A stretch of 64,000 nucleotides of DNA from Amphiscolops sp. MND2022 (GCA_964187785.1 OZ076409.1:61754001-61818000), one strand, 5' to 3'. Positions 45,970 through 60,239 are shown, counted from the stretch's first letter. The notes: a model not told the origin generated them from the letters alone. A program made the numbers and translations.

Positions 45970-48900
45970 TTAGTCTTTACTACTACACTGACGCAGACTC
46001 TTGGCAGTCCGACTAATCTCGGCATCTGATAGTAATCGGGTGGGTCGGGCAGTTTTCTGGGAGAAACGGAGAGTGCTAGGAGACTGTTGAACCTGAGGGG
46101 CAGGAGCGGACTTTTCTTTCCAAATCTTACACTGGAACTTTCCCTCGGGATCGAGCTTGGATAAAAAAACTGCACGTCCGAACTGGTCCAAATCAGCCCA
46201 AGGGTCGTAAGTGTCACTCAGTGCTCGACGGCCGAATGTACTCTCAAGCTCGAGAAACTCAGATACTGAGGATTCAGAAGTGACAGCTTCAACTGACCCT
46301 GCAACTCCACTAAAGTACGACTGTACCGGAAGGACAACATCAATCAGCTGACTGGCATGATCATCTGTCTTAACTGATCCAAACTTGACGGTAGGCAGTG
46401 AACGAGAAGGCTCATCAAGACAAAGGCTGGCAAGTTTAAAACATCGTAATAGCAAAGGCCGAGTGTGAATTGTAGTCTGCCCCATAACAAAATCGATAGT
46501 GTCAGGAATAAGTAGGGTAGGCTGGTCGAACTCGGAGAACTTGACCCTCAGTTCATCCACGAATGACAAATATTCCTCCTGCGCCTGGGTCTCTTCTGCA
46601 GCAGAAAAGTAGCCACGAAACCGGAATGACATAAACAATTTACTGAAGCATCTAGTAGCCAAGGTAAGAGGGGACTTTAGGAGAATTTCAAGATCAAAAC
46701 TCGCTAATCCTTGGGCAATTACAGTGGTGTAATCGAAGTGGCTCCGAGTCTCTTTGAATAAATGCGTCACGTAACTTCTTGCTATCCTGCCGTATTCGTC
46801 CCGCGCCTTGTTGGTAAGCTCTACTAAGGTTAACTTCTCTCCCTGTTTTTCGTGCATCTCCACCTCGGCTTTAAGCTTGCAGGCGTGGTCCAGTTTCCCC
46901 CCGAATTTGACTCGATTAAGGAACACTGTGACACTCAGAGCGGGAGCAACGTTGATGTCCAGGTCCAAAATTCCAGATATGTCATCTTCATCCGGCAAAG
47001 CAGAAGGCATTACGACGCGCTTAGCTATCATCAGTAGGTAAAGACACAACTGTCTAAAGGAATGAAAGCCCCTATCGCGTCGTCCACTGAGGCTGAGGGA
47101 GAAACTGGTGGTGTCTAAACAAAGAAACTACCTGCTAACGGAATCATCTGCATCAGTACCTGAGAGTATTCCCCAACCCTATACTGCCTTATGGTCGAGA
47201 TAACCCTAAGATGACCGAACGTCTCTACGTAGGAAAAGGGTCTACCTACACCAGTAGACTCGTATATGAAGTTGGCGATTTATAATTGAGTACAGCAAAT
47301 AACCAATGAAACCTAGTAACTTACAGTCACGGACAAGCTTGTGGAATAGTTCCAGCTGACAAGTGAAGAAGCCATCATGTATGATTGACCACTCAAGACT
47401 CTGAGGCTAAACATACGAATGATAACTCAACATATGGCAATTAACACGGGGTCAACAAAAACAGGATTTCTACCTGATTTCTAACTCCCTGCATTTGCTG
47501 CTGGACCGCGTGGGCAGTCAGATATGCGGTGACTGATTTCCAGTGTGCAATCAGCTCTTGGCAGAGGGTAGGTAGACAAACGATATCCAACCTGCCTGAT
47601 TTGATAGCCTAAACATAAACCACAAAACTAAACCTTAGCTTGAGACCACGGGGGTAAAGCTCCATGACCATACTAACTTTGGACAATTCAGGAGTAAGTA
47701 GAGTCCATTCCAATTGCAAACTCCCTCCCAGACTGATGACAAGATACTGGAGAACGGAGAAAAAGTCTATTCGTCCGAACACACTGTAACTATCACGGTG
47801 CATCAGTCTCTTAATAGCAATGTCATCAAATGTGGTCGGCCGTTGGACTCCATGTCGAGTGAGTGGGGAGTTGTCCACCAATTGAATGAAATTCTGGGTA
47901 GCCCCAGAGCAACACACGAGGTTGGCTTCTGACGAAATGGCGGCTAGTAATATTGAAAGTAGTCGCAACTCGGCAGCTGTACGTCCAGTGGTACGCCCGG
48001 TCCTCAACAAATAGACTCTGCAGAGTCTCACCTTTTTCCAGAAACGCACGTGCATGTGCAGAAAGACACCTTGGGACTCAAATTCAATGCTGTAATGCCC
48101 GTCAGTCAGGATGTCATTGCCCAAGTTTGGTATCATTTGTTGGAACAAATGGTGGAACAAAACCTAAAATCACCACCCTAAGTTAGAAGGATAATGTTAC
48201 ACACGATAGTACGACGTAGACTCATAGTCTACAATCTATGATAACAATTGCAATCAATCTACCACTTAACAATTTTGTTGGTTTTCTAACCCCTTCAAAT
48301 TATGTCATGGACTGGTAGTCCAATTAGCAAATGCAGAGTACTAACCGACAACCTAGTTGTGCTCCAATCAATATCGGCAAAGAGAGATTGGTGATTAACC
48401 ACGGTGCCTGTGTGCTGCCAAAGGGTTCGTAGGACCTTGATGTCGCCTGATAATGGGAGGTAGTGCCCCAGTATGGAGATCTGTAACCGAGCTCGATTAT
48501 GGGGTGATGAGACCATGTAATCCGAACCAGACATCGCTTCATCGTAGAAAGGAAGCTTTTCTCCTATATCAACCAGTTCAGCATTGATGAATTGAGGGAG
48601 CTCTAGCTGGAGTCGGTAATTGGAGAGGATTTTCCCGTCCTTGCCCCTCACTTGGTATCGTGGCTGCTTGGTAATGGGGTCTTCAATTGTGAGGTATTCA
48701 TACCTCCAGCGCTGGTCCTTTCGCAAGTGTCTCTCTGTAGAGTAATGCCTGAGTATCTCCTTTGGTCCCTTTGCCCTAATTGATACGTTGCACTTGCAAA
48801 TTTGGCAATATATCTTGTTAGGATTCCATTTGGGGTCAAGGGGCCAAGAGACAAACACTCGGGTCCAGGGCATGGAATCAAAATATTCCTCTTTCATTAC

Positions 48901-50244
48901 TCTCCCGATCTTACGCCTTGGTCTCCGAGGCCCTTTAGGCTTTGTAGTACCAATCACTGCATGTTTGTCTTTCCCTTTTTCACGAATCGCCTCCTGTCTC
49001 AAGCTAGCGAGAGTCTCTCTGTCGGGACTGGGACTATCAGGGGACAGTTGAGTAGACATCAATTCCACTTGTGTTTCTCTACTTCCGCTAGGAGGATTGG
49101 GGAGAGACACGGAAGACTGGAGGTCTCGACGGGATTCTGCGTCACTAGTGAAACCTGGACTATTGTCTCCTTCCCTGGTATTGTACGTCATGACAGACTC
49201 ACTACCAACGTCCGTGTCGGTCTCAGGGTCAATGTCTGTTTGTCGTCTGCCTTTGGAAGAAGCTATTGGGGAACCTCGCAGGTTGAGCCGACTTGCCCTT
49301 TGCACCACACTGTTCAGCATCTCGAAAGATGCCCGTGCACTTTCATCGGCAACTATTCTCAAAATACTGCTGATTTGGTTCTGATTGAACACTACAGTTG
49401 GGTGACCAGGTGACAAATATATAGGATTAGTTTCCTCAAAACATTGCTTGATCATCAACCTGCTAGAGCTAGTGAGGGGAGCAGGCCCAGTAACTTCTGG
49501 TTGTTGCGATGTGCTCGACTCATTGCTGGAACCTGGAGGACAAGAAATGTTGGTGGGTGGTTTCTGACAATAAAGGGCATCAGCGAGGGTAGAACGCGCA
49601 ATCGACCCCATGTCTGTTTCCACCCCAAAGCACGAGTCATCTTCGGTTTGTGACCGATAGTCCATCAGGCCTTGGTCACCTTCTTGCGCTATTGCAGTTG
49701 CAGCCTCTTGCACTTCCTCAATAGCTGAGTTTAATTGCTCTACAGGGGCGGAAACGGGCATTGTAGCAGAGACATTTTCAGTGAACTCAGTATTATTCTG
49801 GCTTTTATCAGAGCATTCGGGCTCCTCGACTATGGAATCAGGCTTGTCAAGGAAGACAACTTTGGGGACATCATCGGCTCCTTGGCACTCAGGAATCAAT
49901 TCGTTTACACCCGGAGTAATGGCGACAGAATCACTTATGCTGGTTTTCTCTCCAACTGTAGTTTCTTCGTTAGGAAGTGTGGTATTTGGCTCAACGCTTG
50001 CCAGTAACTCAACTGTTCGGCTAATGTATGCTTCGCAGCTTTCAGTATCAGTATTAGAGGAAAGCTCAACGACGGACTGTCTGTCCACTGGCGATTTGGT
50101 GGCTTCAAACTCATTTGATTGTTCAGTGTTTGGAACATCGACGTCCATGTCTTCAACCGGGATTTGGCTTGGTTGGCCGTCCATTTCTTTGCCTAAACGG
50201 AAAGAAACAAATTTTCGCGATCCACTTCCGCTAAAGAAATCCAT
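45970..50244 (-). CDS. E2 antisense spliced gene, 5 exons: 50244-48346, 48163-47678, 47608-47474, 47406-47325, 47114-45970 (1248 aa); homolog of the E1 antisense gene
   Basis: GT-AG introns at the same residues and phases as in E1 (RLS|, EL.K|, end of exon 3, D(T)|). The spliced length of 3747 nt is open. Confidence 0.88.
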
Positions 50245-51362
50245 CTAATCGCGTTTGAAAGTCTTTCGAAAGCAAGTTCATTATCTGTTCATGCCTATAG
50301 CAGAATATTTTACGATGGAGGAAGTGAAAACTTCGTCAATGGGAAGCCCTGATCAAGCTCAAAATTGACAAAAATTTAAAGAACCAACCTGATATTTGTC
50401 TAGATTGACAAATAGAATTCAACGCCAAATCTGTTCTGCTGGAACTGGAAATTGTCTTTAATGAATTGGTGTGCCTGCGAATAACCGGGTTGGAGCTACT
50501 GTTCCAAAAATAGTTTTCGAGCAAATTGAAGCTTAAGCCAATGTAGGTCGGACAGACTCACGGTCCAGAAGGATGTAATTCTGCGTGCGATGCTGCTACA
50601 ATGACGAAAAGCCTGGCTGTACGAGGTTAAGGGCAGCCCAGAGATAATAAATTTATCTAAAGACGCTCGGAATAACCAATTCAAATAATTGACTGGGGTG
50701 ACGAATTCAAATACTAGAATGTGCAATTGATGCTGTCAATCTGGTGTACAATGATTTACGTTAAACGGACCAGTAGTCAATATACACTATGCTTACTTAT
50801 CACTACCACTCTCGACTGTCAAGACGGTTAATTACGTAATCATTATACTTACACTTCTACTTGAAATTTAAGGACGTCGTGGCTACATGTACTTTAGCTT
50901 ACCAACTTATCTAATATTATTTGAAGTATGCCTTTAATGTATTACGAAGTGTTACTGATTCTGCCAGAGAAGTACACTTTCTACTTTGATCAGATCATAA
51001 TTCTCATCCCCTTGGTACAATCCTTTACCTTCAGTACATTATCCCAACCATTATCTTTAGATTAGTCTCATCACTCTCCATTACTTCATTCATTTATTCA
51101 AAATTTTCATTCAGAAAATTCATTCATTTATCAGTAGAATTTGATTGGTTAGCAGGTCATCACTAGTTGTGGCGGAACGGTAGTCTTTGATGGTTATTGT
51201 TGATTGAAGGTTAGTGTTAATAAACACCTTCACCAATAATTAGCGTCACCTAGCTTATTAGGGCAAGCACTTGAAGAGGTCTCAAGGGCTATCTGAACGA
51301 CCGATTACCAACATGATAAGGGTAATTAAAAAGACGAAAGCACAAAACTTCTGAAAATAGAA

Positions 51363-52370
51363 ATGTTTGGGAGTAATATCTTCCCAATTAACCCGCCACG
51401 GTTTTCCCCGCCGACTAAAAGTAAATCTCGGAAAATTGATAAAATCCGAAGACTCATTCAACTCACAATTTTCACCAGATTCAGTTCGACGAACTACTTA
51501 CCCAGCAAAATAGCTAAAAAATTCATCCTCAATAAACACCGCGCCGAGATGTCTCTTCAATTCTCCGTGGATGAACTAATACAGCCACTGGTGAGTCTAT
51601 CTTACCTATCTTCAGAGGAAGAAATGGAAGTGGACTGCCCGTCTACCGGAACTGAACAAGACCAGGATCAAGATAGCGACATTGAAGTGATCGCTTGCTT
51701 CCGAGAGACCTCTATGCCTATCCCGAAGAAAGTTGGTGGCAGAGGTATGACACTGGACTTGTCCAGTTGTACTGATAACGACTCTCTAAGCAATACCCTC
51801 TGCAGTGAAGGAAGTTATTTCAATTCAGAGCCAAACAGCGAATTGATCGACCTGGTGTTATGGTTACACCCTCCGACCGGAGAACCGACTGGCACAGAAA
51901 GACATCCTATGGCGACCTGCAGTCAATTGGCACCAGTGCCGGATTCTCCTCAATCGCCCCCGCCTCACGAAAGAGGACAACACATTGGCCCTCAACTACC
52001 ACAATGGGATCATGACGAACCGCTTTGGCCTTGGAACTCGCATATCACAGGGGTTGCAGTACGAACAAGTGGTTACTGTGGCACGCAGAACTTGGTCCAA
52101 CATGGAGACTGTCTAGTTTGCGGCAAATCCGCTGATATAATCCATGAGGAAGTCACCTTTGATTACTTGGAACGGACTCACAGGGCCGGAGAATCTTACG
52201 AGACGAGACAGAGAAGACGACACGCTTTCCAAGCGGGCATGCAGGCGGGCGCTTTTGTTCTCGTCCCCCGGGGACTCTCGCAGTCTGCCGCCTGCGATGG
52301 CAACAGCTACCAGATTGTGCCTAACGACAAGAGCGACATGCCGTTGCCTGCTGGGGTGCTCCCCCTATAG
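51363..52370 (+). CDS. E2 ORF3 (env position, non-env); stop codon inside the 3' LTR
   Basis: Homologous to E1 17981-18841. The last 95 nt lie in U3. Confidence 0.8.
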   Translation: MFGSNIFPINPPRFSPPTKSKSRKIDKIRRLIQLTIFTRFSSTNYLPSKIAKKFILNKHRAEMSLQFSVDELIQPLVSLSYLSSEEEMEVDCPSTGTEQDQDQDSDIEVIACFRETSMPIPKKVGGRGMTLDLSSCTDNDSLSNTLCSEGSYFNSEPNSELIDLVLWLHPPTGEPTGTERHPMATCSQLAPVPDSPQSPPPHERGQHIGPQLPQWDHDEPLWPWNSHITGVAVRTSGYCGTQNLVQHGDCLVCGKSADIIHEEVTFDYLERTHRAGESYETRQRRRHAFQAGMQAGAFVLVPRGLSQSAACDGNSYQIVPNDKSDMPLPAGVLPL

Positions 52371-53865
52371 GTGAAATAGACTACAGGTCCGCACAAAACT
52401 ATCCAGTTAAATTTGATGTCAGTATAAAGTATTTTAGTTAGCATTTATATTATTTTACGGACCATCGGTCCACCCGTCTAGAGTAGACAGTCTGACAAAC
52501 TAATATCCTAGAACTGATTATTTATATCAATTAGATGAGTTTTCATTTGTATTTACGTGTATAACTATGTAAACCAAATTGCCAGTGAGTCTGATTAATA
52601 ATATCAAGGTGTAAAGAAGCTAAAAGGTAGTAAGGAAACGCGTTCGAATTACACTACCAACAGTATAATCGACGCGTGGTCCTTTCAGTTATTAACCAAT
52701 CAGCTTGCAGTAAATATTTCATTCGCTTGTGCTATACTGTGCTTACTCTTCTAGTTGCCATTAATCGATCGGACCACCAGTCCGTCACATGTAAAATACA
52801 TGTATTGCTCATGCTGAAAATCACCTATGCAAACAATGGCTTAACCAAAGTAATCCGCATGTATTTAGTCTTGAAAGGCGTGCCGCCATTTCCCCCCCCC
52901 CACTGAGTAATTTTACTCTGGTTCTAAGAAACGTTGCTAAATATAAATATGACGTAACAGTGACGTTATCCTTTGAGGGTTTTGCCCAGATTTGTTGCTA
53001 TTTTTGGATACGTGACGCTGATAAAATTTGCTTGTCATGCTTCTCTTACTATATATTGGGGAACCGTGAGTCTCCCAGGGACAATCTCTCACGCTACTCA
53101 ACTCAATTCAATTACACTCTGTTCAGTGACAATTTCTGATGCGAATTTGGACTTAAAGTCCGCAACTACCTTATTTGACCTGATTCAATATATCCAGATT
53201 TGTTTTGTTGCACTCATTCAGTTGAAGTAACTTAGTACGAACAATATAGTGTTATTTGAAAAGAACCTTTCAAATGCCTTCGACAAGAAAGCAGAAAGCA
53301 AGGGAAAAGCGATCAAGGCAATCAGACGTGATGTCTGATCTAGAAAATATGAATGTCATGTTGGGTAACTACCAAGAAAATCAATCAGACATTGATCTAA
53401 ATGAAAATGTAGAAATGGACTTAAGGTCCAATGGTACAAGGACCGACATGGTCAGGAATTGTGAGGATTTCAGAACGTTATTGACTTCTGAAGGCAGGAA
53501 TAGGTACGAAATACCTACAGAAACCAATAGACTCATCACTGAAGAGATAACTAGTCAAATGAATAGGAAAATTGATGAACTGAAAAGGAACTTAGACACC
53601 CAAATTACAGTGTCTATTAATTCTGCAATACATGATTCAATCCTTCCTTGTATCCAAAATTCGTTATCAGGACAAAATAGTGGGTTACTTGTTGTGGGTA
53701 CGAATGTGGACTCAAGGTCTAGTAGACTAAGCAGGAACGCCGAAGGTAAAAAACACAAAAGTGCTTGGGGAGATACCCATTGTAGAATACATTCAAATTC
53801 AAACAATCATCCCCATTCTAGAGACGACTCATTAAGTTCATTAGACTGTCGGGATGATCATGACA
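52276..53865 (+). repeat. E2 3' LTR (1590 bp; begins TCTCG instead of TGTCG)
   Basis: Direct repeat of the 5' LTR with a poly-C indel, a 9-bp insertion and several substitutions. Confidence 0.96.
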
Positions 53866-53870
53866 CGAAT

Positions 53871-56800
53871 CGAAGTAAATTTTTATTCCTTTCAGTTTTC
53901 GGACAAAAAGCAGCCTACCTGAAACTGATTCGAAAATAGCTAAGAAAATCATACTCGCGAAATAGTGAGTACGTGGAGTTTGATTCAAGAACTTTTGTCC
54001 GCAGATCAAGAGACAAGACTGAGTATTATTCGGATAATCAAGTAATCGCATACTAAAGAGAACGAAAAAGATGTACTCCAGACCAATTCAAAGAAGATCG
54101 AGCCATGTCAACGGAAACCAATATTAAACTGTTATGCACACCACCTCCAACTGACAACGGAGCTACCAAAGTCCCAACCCCACGACGTTCGTAATCACTG
54201 AGTTTTTTCTGGAGCTTGCAATGTGCTCAATAAAAAATGTAACGTCCAGCAAAAGACGTCACAAAAATTCGATGAAATGTGCGATAGCAAAATTTCTAAA
54301 TCAAGATGGCCGACCTGACAGGTACCGGAAATCGAAAAGAATGATAGAAAATAGTGCAAACCACCCCCACCCTACCCGAGAGAGAACACACCGTCACAGA
54401 AGTATCCCCGAAATCGCCGTGTTGTGCCATCTCCCTCGGAAGACGTCCCAGCTGCCAGCAGAACCCGAAGAATGGCCCAAGAGATGAAGAAACTCAGAAG
54501 TTTGCATATTTTGCATGTGCCACCTAGTAGGTCCAAGACCAAGGCTCGCTGACACTGACGCCTGATGTTTTCTGAATCTATTGTACCATATTTGCGGTTT
54601 TTGTAGATGTTTGGTGATGTTTTATCCCTTATTTCACCCAGTCTAGACGTTATTCACTAATTGAATGTACTTTGGCTAAACCCCTGTTTTTGGACCTCGG
54701 AGGTATGTAGAAACGCAGGAACATTAGGAATTGTTTTTACAGGCTTGTGGGACGTGTCCGGACTTTGAGAGAGCCGGCACGTCGCCTCGGAGCTCTAACT
54801 GAGGAGACTCCTTAGACGTATAGGAAAAGTCCCTTTTAGGAGACCATTTTGGGATTGAAAACTAATGTCTAGGTTGTAGTAAGACACTGGTCTCCTGTTC
54901 AAGCAATCTAGGCATTGTCCCACTTCTATGATGTACTCTGCTAGGTGGTTGACGTTACATCTAGAATAGTTTTTATGGCGCCCCACAAGGGACATTTTTC
55001 CATCTTTTCGCCATAATTGGAGTTTTTCCTGCTTTCCGGCCCTGCTAGGTCTGGATCTAGGAAAATTTGTTGGAGAGTCCTAGATTTTTTTATTGCCTTA
55101 GTCAAGCCTGGTAGGCTTTCTACTAGCTAAATTCCTGCGTTTCCTGCGTATTTCCGAGGTCTGAAACCGAAAATCGACGATTTCAGACAGTGTATCCCTT
55201 GTATTTTGATAACACCTGTTGAAAATGTTAATCCGGCCTATCCGGAACTGGTTTTAAATGGTTTTGTAGCTCCGTTTCAGTAAACTAGCAATGTATGGGG
55301 ACCGGGAGGACGAGTGCTGAAGGCCCCAATTAGCTGACGACAGTGTGTGAGCACCTCCGACATCACACCTCCAGTACCCCTGTAGTTGCCGTATACCCAC
55401 GTCAATCGGGTTATATTGCTAATTCTTGCTAATAATCGGCCCAAAAAGCATATTCCCAGGCCTGTTCCCACTAAAATTAACTGGGGAAAATACCCTGTGG
55501 GTGTTTGGACCAGTTGATTAAAAATTTGAGCGCGAAAACCTTGAAAACAACACCATATATAGCTCAAATACCGATTTTTGAGGTGTTGAAAGTTGAAATC
55601 TAGTGGAAAAGGATACGGCCAGTGGGAATACGAAAAAAACGTTCCATCAGACCTGCTAGGTCAGGAACAGAAAAATTTGCTGGGCTAAATTACTGAAACA
55701 TCAAAAAAAATTTAGCAATTTTTGTTAAAAAAATCATCAATTTTGGCCTAAAAGACCAAAATTTGTGAGGGCGAAGCCTTGGGCATTTGTTCCCAAGCTT
55801 TAAGATCAGCACAAAAACGTTGTTCCCGAGCTTGGTAGTACGAAACACCACTGCCAAGACGACTTTTAGCACCCCCCAATAAAAATTGAAACTTTAACCC
55901 TTGACTTTCTTTTGTTATATATAGACCTGAGTAGAGGACCACGTAGACCTGAGCGTTATAAAAACCTAATTAACAATTGAAACAACCCCAGTCCCCTCAA
56001 TAAAGTTGTCACACTTTCTAACACTACTATTAGAACCATTCGGAACGTCTGAGAACCGAGAAACAAAAAGTTCCTAGGGAAAATACGTATTTTCAGTACT
56101 GTCCCAAAAGTGTCAAAGGTGCAACTTGAAAGTTATTTTGAGAGACCTTATTTGGAACCTGCCAGGTTTCGCTCGCCTATTTTCCGTTAGTATAGGGTAT
56201 AATGTTGCAAACGCAGAAAACCGCCAGTAATTCCAACCAGTAGTTGCTGAGAAATAGCCGAAAACGCGTTGTTTTTGCGACATTTTCGGAACACTGGAGT
56301 AGTGTCCCCAAGATAGGTCGAAATCTCTCCTAGTAGGAGTAGCTCAAAACGGATTGCACCATCGTATAGATCATAAAAAGTTACGTTGGTGCTGTAATTG
56401 TCGTAGTGCTACCACTACTGGTAATTGAGAAATCTTAGCCGCAGATTTGCTCAAAAATTGTACGAAACTGTCAAAAAAATCGAATTTTAGTTGAGCATAG
56501 TGCAATACCTTCGGAGTATCCCAGCACTAAAATTCTTGCATTTTCGTACACACAGCACTAGATCCCGACGATTTGTGCATTTTGAGCAGCTTGCTACTGC
56601 CCAATTTGGAGAAATTGACATTTTTGTGAATTTTGGCCCCAGGAAGTGACTAATAGGGTACATCATAGTTTTGTCAACTCGGATTGCGGAATATTGACCT
56701 GGACACCCCGCTATTTTGTTTTTCTGTTACGTGGGCATCCTTCACGCTCGCATACAAAATTTCAGGTAGCTAGGAAGCCTAGAAGGCGAGTTTGACAGAC

Positions 56801-59656
56801 TTTTGTAAATTTCACAACATAGTCGATTCTTCAAACAACATTCTGAAGCGACCCCAAGTCACGTATAATCAATTTTGGCGCAATCGGCGGTAATTTCCCA
56901 CGATTTGGTCACATAAGTATACCGTGATAATTTTTCAGGTCGCTAGTAGCTCTAGAAGTGATATTCACCTTCCCCAGGCGTGCACTTTGGCGAAAGAATT
57001 GCCGATTTTGAGAAATTTTGCGAAAAATTATAAACTTTTCGTAGGCGTAGTTGCGAGTGAAGGTTGAAACGACCCTAGTTCTACATCAGGCATCCATAGC
57101 AAGTCCTATTGAAGTAATCAGAATGGAGCTAGCTCAACCCTAAAATCTTGGGTTTGTCAAAAAGCTGTCTACGAGACATAGGAGTGCAAAACACAAAAAT
57201 TGTATTTTCTCTCCCAACGGCCACCAGGGTCACCCAAGTGCGAACTGATAGGTTCATTCACGTTTGCCTCGACTGAGAAGTGACGCGAGAGAGCTAGAAC
57301 GCAATTAGGAGTTCTCTAGGAGACGTGGATAGTGGACGCGGTGCGTCTCGAGACAGAAAATTGAGTAAAGTAGCATTTGAAATTGTAAAGAACTGTGTTT
57401 CCATTGATCGTGCTACAATCGTAAGGCAAGAAAGCACTTCAAACTCAGTGTCCATTGTCCTACTCATCCCCAAGGTCTACCCCTAGTCCCTAATAACATT
57501 TTTGTTTTTACTTGTGCTCTCCAGAAACAGGGCAGCATGAGTGACGAAACGACTTTTCAGACAATCTAACGTCTGTAGCCAAGCAGGCTTCTCAAAAAAT
57601 CAATGTTCGTTGCTCGATTCATGCCTAAGGTGAACCTCGGTACTCGGTACCACAGTTGCATGAACCATATCGATGTGAAAACACCGGACAAGAGATTGGC
57701 CCGGGGAGCACCTGTACTCTGCCGAAAGGAATCAACACCAAGCATGATAAAACACCTGGAGCTTCGAAGCTCTGAGAACTGCTTGGCCTGCGGCCGTGCT
57801 TTTAGAACTGAATCGAATGATTGCTCTGAAACTTGTTTTTAATGCCAAAGACTGTTTTCATTGTTTTAATGATCCACTATACCTGATTTTTTAACTTCCC
57901 TTGGTCATAGTCTATCATCGCTATCGACATAATCATCCTCTTGAGAAGCAGTTTATTTCCATCTTTTACATATACACTTGTGCCTATATTACCTACACAA
58001 CACCTTTATCTGAGCGTACATTGCTAACTCAATAGATTGAATGGGTCCTCGCTTTTGGTGATATTTTTGAATCTTTGGGATCTATTTCTCTATTTGTGCT
58101 TTTTATTGTGCAGTTTCTGTTGGCCACAAACTACGACACTTTTGCAAGACCACAGACATTACTTTTACTCTTCGCTTTTCTAGTGCTATCGTGCATTTTG
58201 TACAACCTAACCTATCAGGTGGGACCGAGGTTGATGCGAATCCTGTTGTGATGAGTGCTTTTTATGCAGATGCAAAAAGGTGCTAGAAATTTTGAAATCT
58301 TGGTGCGAAATTAAAAGTTTGAAAATGTTTTGAAAAAAAAGCTAAGTGTCTAAAGTTGCTAACGCTATTCCAGCGCTAGAACCCATTGTTGGTGTGGAAT
58401 CCAAGGAAATCTACCAGGCTGGCAAAAACTCGTGTTTTTGGGCGATAACATGTTCTTGGGCAATGACTTCCATTTAGATTCCTGAAGTACCATGTCACAA
58501 CAGCATCACTGGATCACTGGATGATGGCAACCAAGACGTGAACGTCCACTTTCGTTTGTCGAGGACGACAAACTACGGCCCGGGGAGGATGTAACGTCCA
58601 GCAAAAGACGTCACAAAAATTCGATGAAATGTGCGATAGCAAAATTTCTAAATCAAGATGGCCGACCTGACAGGTACCGGAAATCGAAAAGAATGATAGA
58701 AAATAGTGCAAACCACCCCCACCCTACCCGAGAGAGAACACACCGTCACAGAAGTATCCCCGAAATCGCCGTGTTGTGCCATCTCCCTCGGAAGACGTCC
58801 CAGCTGCCAGCAGAACCCGAAGAATGGCCCAAGAGATGAAGAAACTCAGAAGTTTGCATATTTTGCATGTGCCACCTAGTAGGTCCAAGACCAAGGCTCG
58901 CTGACACTGACGCCTGATGTTTTCTGAATCTATTGTACCATATTTGCGGTTTTTGTAGATGTTTGGTGATGTTTTATCCCTTATTTCACCCAGTCTAGAC
59001 GTTATTCACTAATTGAATGTACTTTGGCTAAACCCCTGTTTTTGGACCTCGGAGGTATGTAGAAACACGCAGGAACACAGGCTTGTGGGACGTGTCCGGA
59101 CTTTGAGAGAGCCGGCACGTCGCCTCGGAGCTCTAACTGAGGAGACTCCTTAGACGTATAGGAAAAGTCCCTTTTAGGAGACCATTTTGGGATTAAAAAC
59201 TAATGTCTAGGTTGTAGTAAGACACTGGTCTCCTGTTCAAGCAATCTAGGCATTGTCCCACTTCTATGATGTACTCTGCTAGGTGGTTGACGTTACAAAA
59301 GGTTGACAAAAACAGTCCCATAGAAATGTACAGAGATCGCTTTCAGAGATCGCTTTCAGAGATCGCACCGCTTTAAGATAGGGGACCGGAGTTAGTTGCG
59401 GCGTTACCGAGACGAATGTATTCAGCACCTGATCTGAAAATGATGACAACCCATACGCAAGGGGTTGGGATTGCCAACGCAATAAGTTGTGGCAAATGAA
59501 CGAGCAGAGTTTTGCATACTGCATTGTGTGCGGTAATACCTACGATGAAACTAGAGAAAAGGCAGTCACGGACTATCTAAACAAGAAGGCCCATATTGTG
59601 AATCTCAAGTTGACAGGCTTATGAGGAAGCAGGCATTTGAGGCAGGAATGCAGTCA
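53871..59656 (+). pseudogene. Decayed ORF3 of an older member of the E1/E2 lineage, in pieces 53871-54237 and 59298-59656 (left part ~37850-38061), split by E2 and E3
   Basis: Translated pieces SKIAKKIILAK*, SDNQVIAY*RE, DRAMSTE, THTQGVGIANAISCG, YCIVCGNTYDETREKAVTDYL and ESQVDRLMRKQAFEAGMQ align in order with E2 ORF3. Confidence 0.75.
54238..59297 (+). mobile_element. Non-autonomous LTR element E3 (LTRs 54238-54959 and 58590-59297), possibly BEL/Pao-derived
   Basis: ~710-720-bp direct repeats with TGTAACGTC...GACGTTACA ends. PBS-like TGGCGCCCCACAAGGGAC at 54976-54993 (tRNA-Lys-like). PPT GGGGAGGA directly before the 3' LTR. The 3.6-kb interior has no long ORF. TSD unclear (AAAAA vs AAAGG). 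Confidence 0.8.
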
Positions 59657-60239
59657 CAGAAATACGGAACATAGCAGTAGTGAAATAAACTCCTGCATTA
59701 CTGAAAGGATTGATGGAATCAAAGAAACGCTCGATGATCATACAGAAAGGGCGAATAACTCTGCATTTGATGAGAGAGTAAAACTCGAATTTCTAATTGT
59801 ATTCGTAAACCCAAAACCTTGGAAAAGAATAGACTCTTCGAAACCGTGAACTTCCACTGAAAGTGTCAACTTTTAAGACATCGAACTTGTATGAGATGAA
59901 ACTTGTAGAGTGAAAGAAAAACTCCAAATTTTAAGAATTGGAAGAAACTTAACAACTCTCAATTTTGAGCGACAGATCAAAAGTTGTGATCTGATCCTCG
60001 AGAAACCATCAGTTAAAAATGATTGTGGTATATCAAACTCTTTTTTTTTCACAAAAAATGCTGTTTTTAGCAGTTTTGATTGAAAGTTCACCAGAAAGTT
60101 TGTCATGTCCCATTTTTGCAACCTTTATAAAGTACGCAAGCTTCGAATCCATTTTAATCCTTTTGATCAGTTTTTAAATTTGGATACTTTCAATAACATA
60201 ATAAATTTATTTTAAAATATACATATTTAAAATTTGAAA

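Larger units (their letters stand above)
38062..53865 (+). mobile_element. Full-length Ty3/Gypsy LTR retrotransposon E2 (15.8 kb), sister family of E1
   Basis: LTRs 38062-39643 and 52276-53865 with outer termini TGTC...GACA. TSD CGAAT at 38057-38061 and 53866-53870. Same gene order as E1. Confidence 0.97.
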
